Sequence record: SRR31156797_2197
Direction: 5' to 3' (one strand)
DNA length: 20,000 nt
The notes beneath the pieces were generated by a model. That model made no database searches and was not told the DNA's origin. It saw only the letters and a program-made list of their open reading frames with translations. The position numbers were made by a program, and so were the translations under genes. Below, piece by piece: positions 8,564 through 16,348 of the stretch (position 1 is its first letter; each line of letters begins with the position of its first letter).

Positions 8564-10921
8564 CTAGCTTTGTTGATGTTCGGTTCGGCGGATGATTTCT
8601 TCCTGAAGTTCGTCAGTGATATCAACGAAATAGTCGGAATAGCCAGCCACACGAACGATTAGGTCACGATAATTTTCAGGCTGTTTCTGCGCTTCTCTCA
8701 GCACTTTTTCATCCATAACATTGAACTGTATGTGGTGTCCGTCCATACGGAAGTATGAGCGAACGAGCTTGCAAACATTGTCGATACCTTCGTCAGTGTA
8801 CATAAATTCTTTGGAGAAACGCTGGTTAAGGAGAGTTCCTCCTGTGCGTATGTGGTCGATCTTAGCCGCAGATTTGATAACAGCCGTAGGACCTTGCCTG
8901 TCTGCACCCTGAACAGGTGAAATACCTTCAGAAAGAGGGACTTTCGCCTTTCGTCCATCAGGGAGCGCACCGATCACAGAGCCGAAGTAAACGTGGGATG
9001 TGGTCGGAAGCAGGTTTATCCTGTGCTGACCGCCCTTGCTGTTTGGTCTGCCGTTCACAGATTCGTAAAATATCTCAAAAATTTCCCGCATAAGGTCATC
9101 AGCATAGTCGTCATCGTTACCGTATTTCGGTGTATCTTCCAGCAGGAGTGCACGTAGCTCGCCGTAACCTTCAAAGTCAGCGTCGATAGCTTTCATAAGG
9201 TCAGCGAGGCTGATTATCTGCTTGTCGAAGACATTGTATTTTAGTGATGCGAGGGAGTCAGTGATGGAGCCGAGACCAACACCTTGAATGTAGGTTGTGT
9301 TGTATCTTGCACCGCCTGCGTTATAATCTTTTCCATTTTTGATGCAGTCCTCTGTGAGTATGCTCAGGAAAGGTACAGGGATGTGCTCAGCGAAGAGTGT
9401 CTCAATTACTATATTGCCTTTTATCTTTATGTCTATGAAATAGTTAAGCTGTTTCTGGTATGCGTCCATAAGCTGATCGTAAGATTTGAAATCAGCCGGG
9501 ATATCAAGACCGACCTGCTTATCGGTTCGCTTGTCGTAACCAGCATTAAGTGTAAGCTCTAGGACTTTTGCGAGGTTAAAATAACCTGAAAGTATGTATG
9601 ACTCTGTACCAAAAGCACCGGATTCCACACAGCCTGATGCGCCTCCATTGCGAGCGTCTTCGACGGATTTACCTTGTCTCATAAGCTCCTGAACGATCGC
9701 ATCAGTGTTGAATATCGAAGGCTGACCGAAGCCAGTCTTGCAGATATGCAGGGCACGTTTGAGGAACCTGTCTGGATTCTTCTTAGATATCTGAACCATT
9801 GAGCTAGGCTGAAGCAGTCTCACGTCTTCTATAACGTCGAGAAGTATGTATGAAAGCTCGTTTACAGCGTCAGAGCCGTCAGCTTTCACTCCGCCAAGGT
9901 TGATAAGTGCGAAGTCAGTGTAAGTGTTTGACTCTTTAGCAGTTACTCCTACCTTTGGCGGGGCAGGGTGGTTGTTAAATTTTATCCAGAATGAGCCGAG
10001 TAATTCTTTTGCGCTCTCTTCTGTTATGCGACCAGATTCGAGGTCTGCCATGTAAAATGGATAGAGGTGCTGGTCGAGTCTGCCTGGGTTAAAAGCGTCC
10101 CAAGGGTTTGTCTCAGTGACCACACCTATGTGTAGGAACCAGTAGAGTTGTAACGCTTCCCAGAAGCTCTCAGGCTTGTTAGCAGGGACACGTGAACAGA
10201 TTGCGCTCATCTCCTGAAGCTCCAGCTTTCGCTTGGTGTCAGTCTCAGCGTCTGCCATCTCTTTTAGTGCCTGTGCGTTACGCTCGGCGAAGTTTATTAT
10301 AGCATCTGCGGCTATATCCATAGCCTTTAGCTCTTCATTTCTGTTAAATGCCGTAGGGTCGTTATAGAAATCGAGGGCTTCCATAGCCTCTTTCACTTCG
10401 TTTTTAAGTCCCCCGAGTCCCACACGGAAAATTTTATTACCAAGAACGGTATGCCCGGGTGCTCTCTGCTCCTGAAACTCTGTGAATACACCAGCTCCGT
10501 AAGAGTTTTTCCACTCATCGGACATGTGCATCATCACTTTTTCTCTATGGGATTTCCCCTCCCAGTATGGGAAGACAATTTCTTTGTGCTCTTGTCTGGT
10601 GGTATCGTCAACTTTGAACGGACATTTCGGTCTGCTGTCGAGCATGTCGAAGTCCTGCATAGAGTGGATGCAAACTTCAGGGTAGGTCGGAGTAGCTTTC
10701 GCTTTCGGTCCACGTTCACCGACGATAAGCTCGCCGTTGTGGAAGCAAAGCTCTTTCTTATCCATGATGTAATAGAATGCCTTTGCTCTCTGTACTGGTA
10801 CAGAAAAGCCATCAGCCGCACCGCTCTGGTAGAATTCAGTGAGGAGTTTTCCTCTTTCAGTTGAAACAGTTTCTATCGCTTCTATACTTTCAGTGCGTAG
10901 TTTTTTGATTCTATCAGTCAT
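8564..10921 (-). CDS. hypD: trans-4-hydroxy-L-proline dehydratase (glycyl radical enzyme)
   Basis: 785 aa. Gly loop RVAGYS and Cys loop SGCVE. HypD-diagnostic motifs recalled from C. difficile HypD are all present: FTEF.EQRAPGH, WDAF.PGR, PAPPKVG.T.KES.TYTDFA, LSGY and LPTT.H.YFG. Confidence 0.93.
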   Translation of the reverse strand: MTDRIKKLRTESIEAIETVSTERGKLLTEFYQSGAADGFSVPVQRAKAFYYIMDKKELCFHNGELIVGERGPKAKATPTYPEVCIHSMQDFDMLDSRPKCPFKVDDTTRQEHKEIVFPYWEGKSHREKVMMHMSDEWKNSYGAGVFTEFQEQRAPGHTVLGNKIFRVGLGGLKNEVKEAMEALDFYNDPTAFNRNEELKAMDIAADAIINFAERNAQALKEMADAETDTKRKLELQEMSAICSRVPANKPESFWEALQLYWFLHIGVVTETNPWDAFNPGRLDQHLYPFYMADLESGRITEESAKELLGSFWIKFNNHPAPPKVGVTAKESNTYTDFALINLGGVKADGSDAVNELSYILLDVIEDVRLLQPSSMVQISKKNPDRFLKRALHICKTGFGQPSIFNTDAIVQELMRQGKSVEDARNGGASGCVESGAFGTESYILSGYFNLAKVLELTLNAGYDKRTDKQVGLDIPADFKSYDQLMDAYQKQLNYFIDIKIKGNIVIETLFAEHIPVPFLSILTEDCIKNGKDYNAGGARYNTTYIQGVGLGSITDSLASLKYNVFDKQIISLADLMKAIDADFEGYGELRALLLEDTPKYGNDDDYADDLMREIFEIFYESVNGRPNSKGGQHRINLLPTTSHVYFGSVIGALPDGRKAKVPLSEGISPVQGADRQGPTAVIKSAAKIDHIRTGGTLLNQRFSKEFMYTDEGIDNVCKLVRSYFRMDGHHIQFNVMDEKVLREAQKQPENYRDLIVRVAGYSDYFVDITDELQEEIIRRTEHQQS

Positions 10922-10922
10922 T

Positions 10923-11714
10923 CTATCCTCCGATCTTTACATCAATACCTTTATCAATGAAAAATTGTTTAATAAATTCCATTCTCTCTGCGGAAGGTTT
11001 CTCTATACCTTCCATATGAAATTCCATCCCTAGCCTTCTGTATTTATCCTTGCCAATCTTGTGGTAAGGGAGAAGGTCTAGCGGTAGTCCACCAAGTTCT
11101 TTCATAAGTTCAGCCAGAGCTGTTAAATTAGCCTCAGTGTCCGTTATAGTCGGTATCACAGGGAAACGTACTCTGATCTTTGCACCTTTGTTATATAAGT
11201 GTCTGAGGTTCTCCAATATAGGTTCGTTGGAAACACCGCAGAATTTAATATGTTTGTTATTGTCCAAAAGCTTGATGTCATACAGGAAAGTGTCCACAAG
11301 AGGGGCAACCCTTTCGAGCGTAGCTCTATTGACATAGCCAGTGGTGTCTACACAAGTATTTATATCACTTTTTCTACATTCTTCAAGGAGCGAAATCAAA
11401 AAATTCTCCTGTAAGAAAACTTCTCCGCCGGAGAACGTGGCTCCGCCTTCCGATTCTTCATAGAAGAGGATATCCTTTTTAATCTCGTTCATCACTTCGG
11501 CGACGGTCATTTCCTTACCCACTATTTCTTCTGAGCAGTGGGTTTTGCCGTCTAGCTTAAGTTCCTTCTGTATCTTCTGAGGCTTTAAAGCTCTGCTTTC
11601 AGGATTATGACACCAAACACAGGCGAGTGGGCAGCCTTTCATAAAAACCGTAGTTCTTATTCCGGGGCCGTCGTGCACAGCGTAGTGCTTGATGTCAAAA
11701 ATTAACCCTTTTAT
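10923..11714 (-). CDS. Glycyl-radical enzyme activating enzyme (HypD activase, radical SAM)
   Basis: HDGPGIRTTVFMKGCPLACVWCHNPES (CX3CX2C), GGATFSGGE, DTTG, YDIK and LLPYH. The family N-terminus KGLIFDIKHYAV lies upstream of the track's GTG (11678) and begins at ATA 11714. Confidence 0.93.
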   Translation of the reverse strand: MKGLIFDIKHYAVHDGPGIRTTVFMKGCPLACVWCHNPESRALKPQKIQKELKLDGKTHCSEEIVGKEMTVAEVMNEIKKDILFYEESEGGATFSGGEVFLQENFLISLLEECRKSDINTCVDTTGYVNRATLERVAPLVDTFLYDIKLLDNNKHIKFCGVSNEPILENLRHLYNKGAKIRVRFPVIPTITDTEANLTALAELMKELGGLPLDLLPYHKIGKDKYRRLGMEFHMEGIEKPSAERMEFIKQFFIDKGIDVKIGG

Positions 11715-11725
11715 ATTGTCACCAA

Positions 11726-12442
11726 TTAATGTTTCTTGCCGAGGTAAGCTTCCTGAACCTTCGGGTCGTTAAGAAGGTCGTTAGCCTTACCTTTAATTGT
11801 TACCTGACCAACGTCAAGAACGTAGCCTCTGTCAGCTAGTTTAAGAGCTGCCTTAGCGTTTTGCTCTACGAGTAGAACTGTTACACCGTGGCCTGCGATC
11901 TTTTTTACCGCCTGAAATATCATCTTTACGAGGATAGGGGCGATACCTAGTGATGGCTCATCCAAAAGGAGGAGCTGAGGTTTAGCCATGAGTGCTCTTG
12001 AGATAGCGAGCATCTGCTGTTCGCCACCGGAGAGAGTTCCTGCAAGCTGTTTCTTACGCTCAAGGAGCCTTGGGAAAAGCTCATAAATCCATTCAAGTGT
12101 TTCCTGATCAGGATGTTTCAGAGAGTAAGCACCGAGTCTTATGTTCTCCTCAACTGTGAGTGTTCCAAAGACCTGACGTCCTTCAGGAGACTGAGCAATA
12201 CCTAGCCCAACTATCTTATGCGCCGGAACTTTTGTGATATCAGTTCCGTTATAAATGATTTGTCCGCCTTTAGACTTAAGAAGTCCGCTGATGGTGCGCA
12301 GTGTAGTTGTTTTACCAGCGCCGTTTGCGCCTAGGATAGATACTATCTCGCCTTTGCCGACTTCAAAATTTATACCTTTTATCGCCTGAATACTACCGTA
12401 TGAGACGACAAGATCTTTCACTTCAAGTAATGTTTCAGCCAT
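11726..12442 (-). CDS. livF: HAAT/LIV-type ABC transporter ATP-binding protein
   Basis: GANGAGKTT, PEGRQVF, LSGGEQQM and LLDEPSLG motifs. Confidence 0.95.
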   Translation of the reverse strand: MAETLLEVKDLVVSYGSIQAIKGINFEVGKGEIVSILGANGAGKTTTLRTISGLLKSKGGQIIYNGTDITKVPAHKIVGLGIAQSPEGRQVFGTLTVEENIRLGAYSLKHPDQETLEWIYELFPRLLERKKQLAGTLSGGEQQMLAISRALMAKPQLLLLDEPSLGIAPILVKMIFQAVKKIAGHGVTVLLVEQNAKAALKLADRGYVLDVGQVTIKGKANDLLNDPKVQEAYLGKKH

Positions 12443-12446
12443 TTAC

Positions 12447-13223
12447 TTAATCCTCCTCATCATCATCACTACCGAGGTAAGCCTCGATAACCACAGGGTC
12501 GTTCTGTATGTGGTCTGGTGTACCGTCACTGATCCACTTACCGAAGTTGATAACAGTGATGTAGTCAACAAGCTGCATCACCATGTCCATATCGTGCTCA
12601 ATAAGGAGAACGGTGATACCCATGTCTCGTATTTTAAAGATAAGCTCAACAAGCTCCAGAGTCTCTTTGTCGTTAAGACCGGCCGCTGGCTCGTCAAGGA
12701 TTAAAAGCTCCGGCTCAGTGGCGAGAGCACGTGCGATCTCCACACGCCTCTGGATACCGTATGCCAGCGAGTCAGTTGGGATAGTAGCGAATTCCATAAG
12801 GTCGAGGAATTCCATTATCTCACGGACTTTCAGCCAGTTTTCCTTCTCATCTTTCTTATAAAATGCAGTGGCGAGGAGCCCCTGCCACCAAGTCTGTTTC
12901 GATTTCATGTGTCTGCCGGAGATGATGTTCTCCGCAACAGACATCTTGCCGAAGAGGCGTATATTCTGGAATGTTCTCACGATCCCTTTATCTGCGATAG
13001 CGCAAGGGTGGAGCCCGGCGATATTTTCGCCTTTCCAGAGGATTTCACCTTCCTCCGGTTTATAAATACCTGTGATGCAGTTAAAAGCTGTTGTTTTACC
13101 TGCGCCGTTAGGTCCGATGATTCCGTATATTTGACCTTTCTCCACTTCGAAATGAAGAGCATCAACAGCTACAACACCACCGAATCTTTTTGTTACGTTT
13201 TTAAGCTGAAGTACACTCATCAC
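12447..13223 (-). CDS. livG: HAAT/LIV-type ABC transporter ATP-binding protein
   Basis: GPNGAGKTT, RTFQNIRLF, LDEPAAG, IEHDM and EAYLG motifs. The start is GTG 13223 or ATG 13220. Confidence 0.95.
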   Translation of the reverse strand: MMSVLQLKNVTKRFGGVVAVDALHFEVEKGQIYGIIGPNGAGKTTAFNCITGIYKPEEGEILWKGENIAGLHPCAIADKGIVRTFQNIRLFGKMSVAENIISGRHMKSKQTWWQGLLATAFYKKDEKENWLKVREIMEFLDLMEFATIPTDSLAYGIQRRVEIARALATEPELLILDEPAAGLNDKETLELVELIFKIRDMGITVLLIEHDMDMVMQLVDYITVINFGKWISDGTPDHIQNDPVVIEAYLGSDDDEED

Positions 13224-14161
13224 TTATCCTCCGTAACATATTTCGGAAGTTTACCGTATTTCGCAGGGAAGATACCTTGCGGACGGAGAACCATCGATAC
13301 GATCATAGCTATTCCAAATATAAAATATCTGTAAGTTTCAAACCCTTTGAAAATCTCAGGGAGTACAAACATTATAAATGTTCCAGCTAGGATTCCCGGG
13401 ATGGAAGCCTTTCCACCTACGAGGACAATAGCGAAGAACATAACTGATGTCATGAAGTTAAACGCACTAGGTGATACCGCTGTGTACTGTATAGTGAAGA
13501 GGAAACCTGCAACACCAGCTATAGCTGCACCGAGTGCAAATGAGAGTATTCTGTAGAAACGTGTGTTAATACCTATGCTCTCAGATGCGATAGGGTCTTC
13601 CTGAACGTAATGAAGGGCACGTCCAGCCTTGCTTCTCTCAAGGTTTCTGATGATCAGAAGAGTAATGAGGAGCAGGGCAAATGCCATGTAGTAAACGTAT
13701 ATAGGGTCATCAAGGAAGATGCCGAAAAGCACTGCATCAACTCCGAAAATACCGTCGTCTCCACCTGTGAGACCGAGGAAGTTGTTTCTAAGCATCTGTA
13801 TAAATACTATGTTGAAACCGACCGTAGCCACAAGCAGGTAGTCACCTCGTAGGTGAACAATCGGGGCTGAGATAAGTATCGCAACGATTGCAGGGATAAT
13901 TATTGCAAAGGGTATAGCTAAAAGTATGTTCAGCTCGAAATGTACGTTCATTATCGCAGTGATATATGCACCAAGTCCGAAGAACATAGCGTGCCCCATG
14001 TCGAACATGCCGGCACGTCCGAGAACGATATCAACCGAAAGCGCCACAACTGAGAAAATGCAGAATGTTGTTGCGATTGTTCTCCATAAGTCATTGCTGA
14101 GAAACGGCAGTATAGCCATTCCTGCAAAGAAAACTATATATGCTATTGTTGATCTTTTCAT
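13220..14161 (-). CDS. livM: HAAT/LIV-type ABC transporter permease
   Basis: Polytopic membrane protein with GHAMFFGLGAY, LRGDYL, TGGDDGI and RPQGI. Confidence 0.93.
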   Translation of the reverse strand: MKRSTIAYIVFFAGMAILPFLSNDLWRTIATTFCIFSVVALSVDIVLGRAGMFDMGHAMFFGLGAYITAIMNVHFELNILLAIPFAIIIPAIVAILISAPIVHLRGDYLLVATVGFNIVFIQMLRNNFLGLTGGDDGIFGVDAVLFGIFLDDPIYVYYMAFALLLITLLIIRNLERSKAGRALHYVQEDPIASESIGINTRFYRILSFALGAAIAGVAGFLFTIQYTAVSPSAFNFMTSVMFFAIVLVGGKASIPGILAGTFIMFVLPEIFKGFETYRYFIFGIAMIVSMVLRPQGIFPAKYGKLPKYVTEDK

Positions 14162-15063
14162 TACACCTTCTCCGCTACACGCTCACCCAGAATACCCGTA
14201 GGACGGACAATAAGGATGAAGATAAGTAATATGTAAGTGAAGGCTTCCGCCCATACGGATGATACATAGCCTGCGATGAGGGCTGTAAATAGACCGAGGA
14301 GGTAACCGCCGACCATAGAGCCAGGGATATTACCGATACCGCCGAGGATAGCAGCGATAAATGCGCTAAGACCGTAGTTCCAGCCGAGGGTGAATTCGAT
14401 TCCTCTGTAGTAGATTCCGATGAAGAGACCACCGACAGAACCGAGTATCGCACCAACAATAAAGATCATCATAATGACCATATTTACGTTGATACCCATA
14501 AGCTTAGCTGCGTCCTGATTGATGGAGCTTGCTCTGATCGCCGTACCATATTTTGTATAGTTGATGAACAGGGTAAGAACTATCATAAGAACGATAGTGA
14601 GTATAAGCATAAATGCCTGAATGAATGTTATTGTTACACCGTAGATAACCCATGATGTCTCAGGGAAAATCTTGGTAGGGAATGTCATGATATTTGGACC
14701 CCAGTACAGCATGATACCGTTTTGTATCATCATAGATGCACCTAGGGCTGATACCACAGCAGAAAGCCTTGGGGCGTTACGAAGTGGGCGGTATGCCAAA
14801 CGCTCAAGGATGACGCCTGCTGTAGCAATTATTATTGCTGTAAGTCCGAATACGAGAATGATTATAAAAGCCTGCGGCATTCCTGAACCGACAAACTGGC
14901 CGTAGAGAACAAGACCAACATAAGCAGAGAGGGCGACCATGTCACCGTGAGCAAAGTTGATAAGTTTCATAACGCCGTAAACCATAGTGTAACCGAGGGC
15001 TACGAGGGCAAAGATACTGCCTATGGTCAGGCCGTTAACAATTTGTTGGAGAAAAATATCCAT
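14161..15063 (-). CDS. livH: HAAT/LIV-type ABC transporter permease
   Basis: QQIVNGLTIGSIFALVALGYTMVYG, INFAHG, ERLAYRPL, GGIGNIPG and RPTGILG. TAATG overlap with livM. Confidence 0.95.
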   Translation of the reverse strand: MDIFLQQIVNGLTIGSIFALVALGYTMVYGVMKLINFAHGDMVALSAYVGLVLYGQFVGSGMPQAFIIILVFGLTAIIIATAGVILERLAYRPLRNAPRLSAVVSALGASMMIQNGIMLYWGPNIMTFPTKIFPETSWVIYGVTITFIQAFMLILTIVLMIVLTLFINYTKYGTAIRASSINQDAAKLMGINVNMVIMMIFIVGAILGSVGGLFIGIYYRGIEFTLGWNYGLSAFIAAILGGIGNIPGSMVGGYLLGLFTALIAGYVSSVWAEAFTYILLIFILIVRPTGILGERVAEKV

Positions 15064-15091
15064 TATTAACTTCCTTATTCAAATTAAAATT

Positions 15092-15121
15092 ACAGAGCCG
15101 CACGTAATTGTACGGCCCTGT
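15092..15121 (-). terminator. Stem-loop after the substrate-binding-protein gene (partial terminator or mRNA stabiliser)
   Basis: The - strand reads ACAGGGCCGTAC-AATTAC-GTGCGGCTCTGT, a 12-bp stem including two G-U pairs, followed by AATTTTAATTT. Confidence 0.7.
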
Positions 15122-15135
15122 GTGAATATGTTTTG

Positions 15136-16260
15136 TTACTTGATTACTGGGTAATCTACGCCGTAAGAGCCGTCAGCCTGTACGTCGTATACATAGAAGA
15201 TAGAGCCGAGACGCTCGCCTCTGTCGTCCCACTTGAGAAGACCAGAGAAACCGTTAAGCTCGTTAGCACGGAGCCACTCAGCCATCTTTTTAGTGTCTGT
15301 TGAACCTGTTTTCTCGATAGCTGTAAGGAATGCGAACATACCATCAGCGTTGAGGAGTGCCCATGTAGAAGGCATCTTCTTACCATACTTAGCTTCGTAA
15401 TCAGCGAGGAATTTCTTCGCACTGTCGTAAGCGAGCATGTCAGGTGTTGGAACGTTGACGATCTTAGAACCAGCAGCAGCTGAACCTGCAAGGTTTACGA
15501 ACTCTGCGTTATCATTAGCGTCACCACCGATGAAGTCAGCGTTGATACCGAGCTGCTTCTGCTGTGCTCTGAGGAGACCACCGTCAGAGTAGTATCCAGC
15601 GAAGTAGATAGCGTCAGGGTTCATAGACTTGATCTTAGTAAGAACAGGTGTGAAGTTCTGGCTTTTTGACTTGATTTTGCTGTAGTTGATAACGTTACCG
15701 TTAACCTTCTCAAGCTCTTTGATTACAGAGCCGGCAAGACCTGTAGCGTATGAGGAGAAGTCTGAAACAACAGCGATTTTTTTGTATTTCTTGAAGTTAA
15801 CCATGTAGTCAGCTGTGAAAACTGCAGCAGCTGAGTTAGGGTTAGAGTTCCTGAAGAATGTCCAGTAACCTTTCTTTACGAGGTCATCAGATGTACCGTC
15901 AGTAGTCTGAAGTACACCAGCTCTGTAGTAAGTTTTCTGTGCAGCGAGAGCAGCACCAGAAGTGTAAGAACCGATGATCATGATAACGCCTTTCTGTACA
16001 AGTTCTTTAGCACAAATAGCCGCTTTCATAGCCTGACCTTCGTCATCGCATGTGAATACTTCGAGTTTCTTACCGAGAAGTCCACCTTTAGCATTGTATT
16101 GCTCAGCGAGAAGTCTAGCGGCATTATCAATACCTTGACCTTCGTTCGCATACTGGCCTGTTGTCGGAGCCTGAACACCGATCTTGATTGTGTCAGCAAA
16201 TGCCGTAGCAGCAAACAGTGTTGCCATCAGTACAACTGACAGAGTAAAAAGTCTTTTCAT
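15136..16260 (-). CDS. livK: HAAT/LIV-type ABC transporter periplasmic substrate-binding protein (probably proline/hydroxyproline)
   Basis: Signal peptide MKRLFTLSVVLMATLFAATAFA, then DTIKIG, GGLLGKK, DD and YFAGY (PBP1 LivK-like). Start placed at ATG 16260 because GGAGG (16266-16270) lies between it and the track's ATG at 16272. Confidence 0.9.
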   Translation of the reverse strand: MKRLFTLSVVLMATLFAATAFADTIKIGVQAPTTGQYANEGQGIDNAARLLAEQYNAKGGLLGKKLEVFTCDDEGQAMKAAICAKELVQKGVIMIIGSYTSGAALAAQKTYYRAGVLQTTDGTSDDLVKKGYWTFFRNSNPNSAAAVFTADYMVNFKKYKKIAVVSDFSSYATGLAGSVIKELEKVNGNVINYSKIKSKSQNFTPVLTKIKSMNPDAIYFAGYYSDGGLLRAQQKQLGINADFIGGDANDNAEFVNLAGSAAAGSKIVNVPTPDMLAYDSAKKFLADYEAKYGKKMPSTWALLNADGMFAFLTAIEKTGSTDTKKMAEWLRANELNGFSGLLKWDDRGERLGSIFYVYDVQADGSYGVDYPVIK

Positions 16261-16348
16261 AAATTCCTCCATATTGTTATCGTGTTACCTAACACGGTAA
16301 AACACATTAAAGTGTACAGTGTTTTGTTTAATTACGCTATACTTTAGC

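Noticed and set aside
8564-10921. Calling the glycyl radical enzyme pyruvate formate-lyase or choline TMA-lyase
   Set aside because: It has a single-Cys SGCVE loop rather than the PFL Cys-Cys pair, carries the HypD-specific motifs, and lies in a proline-metabolism context.
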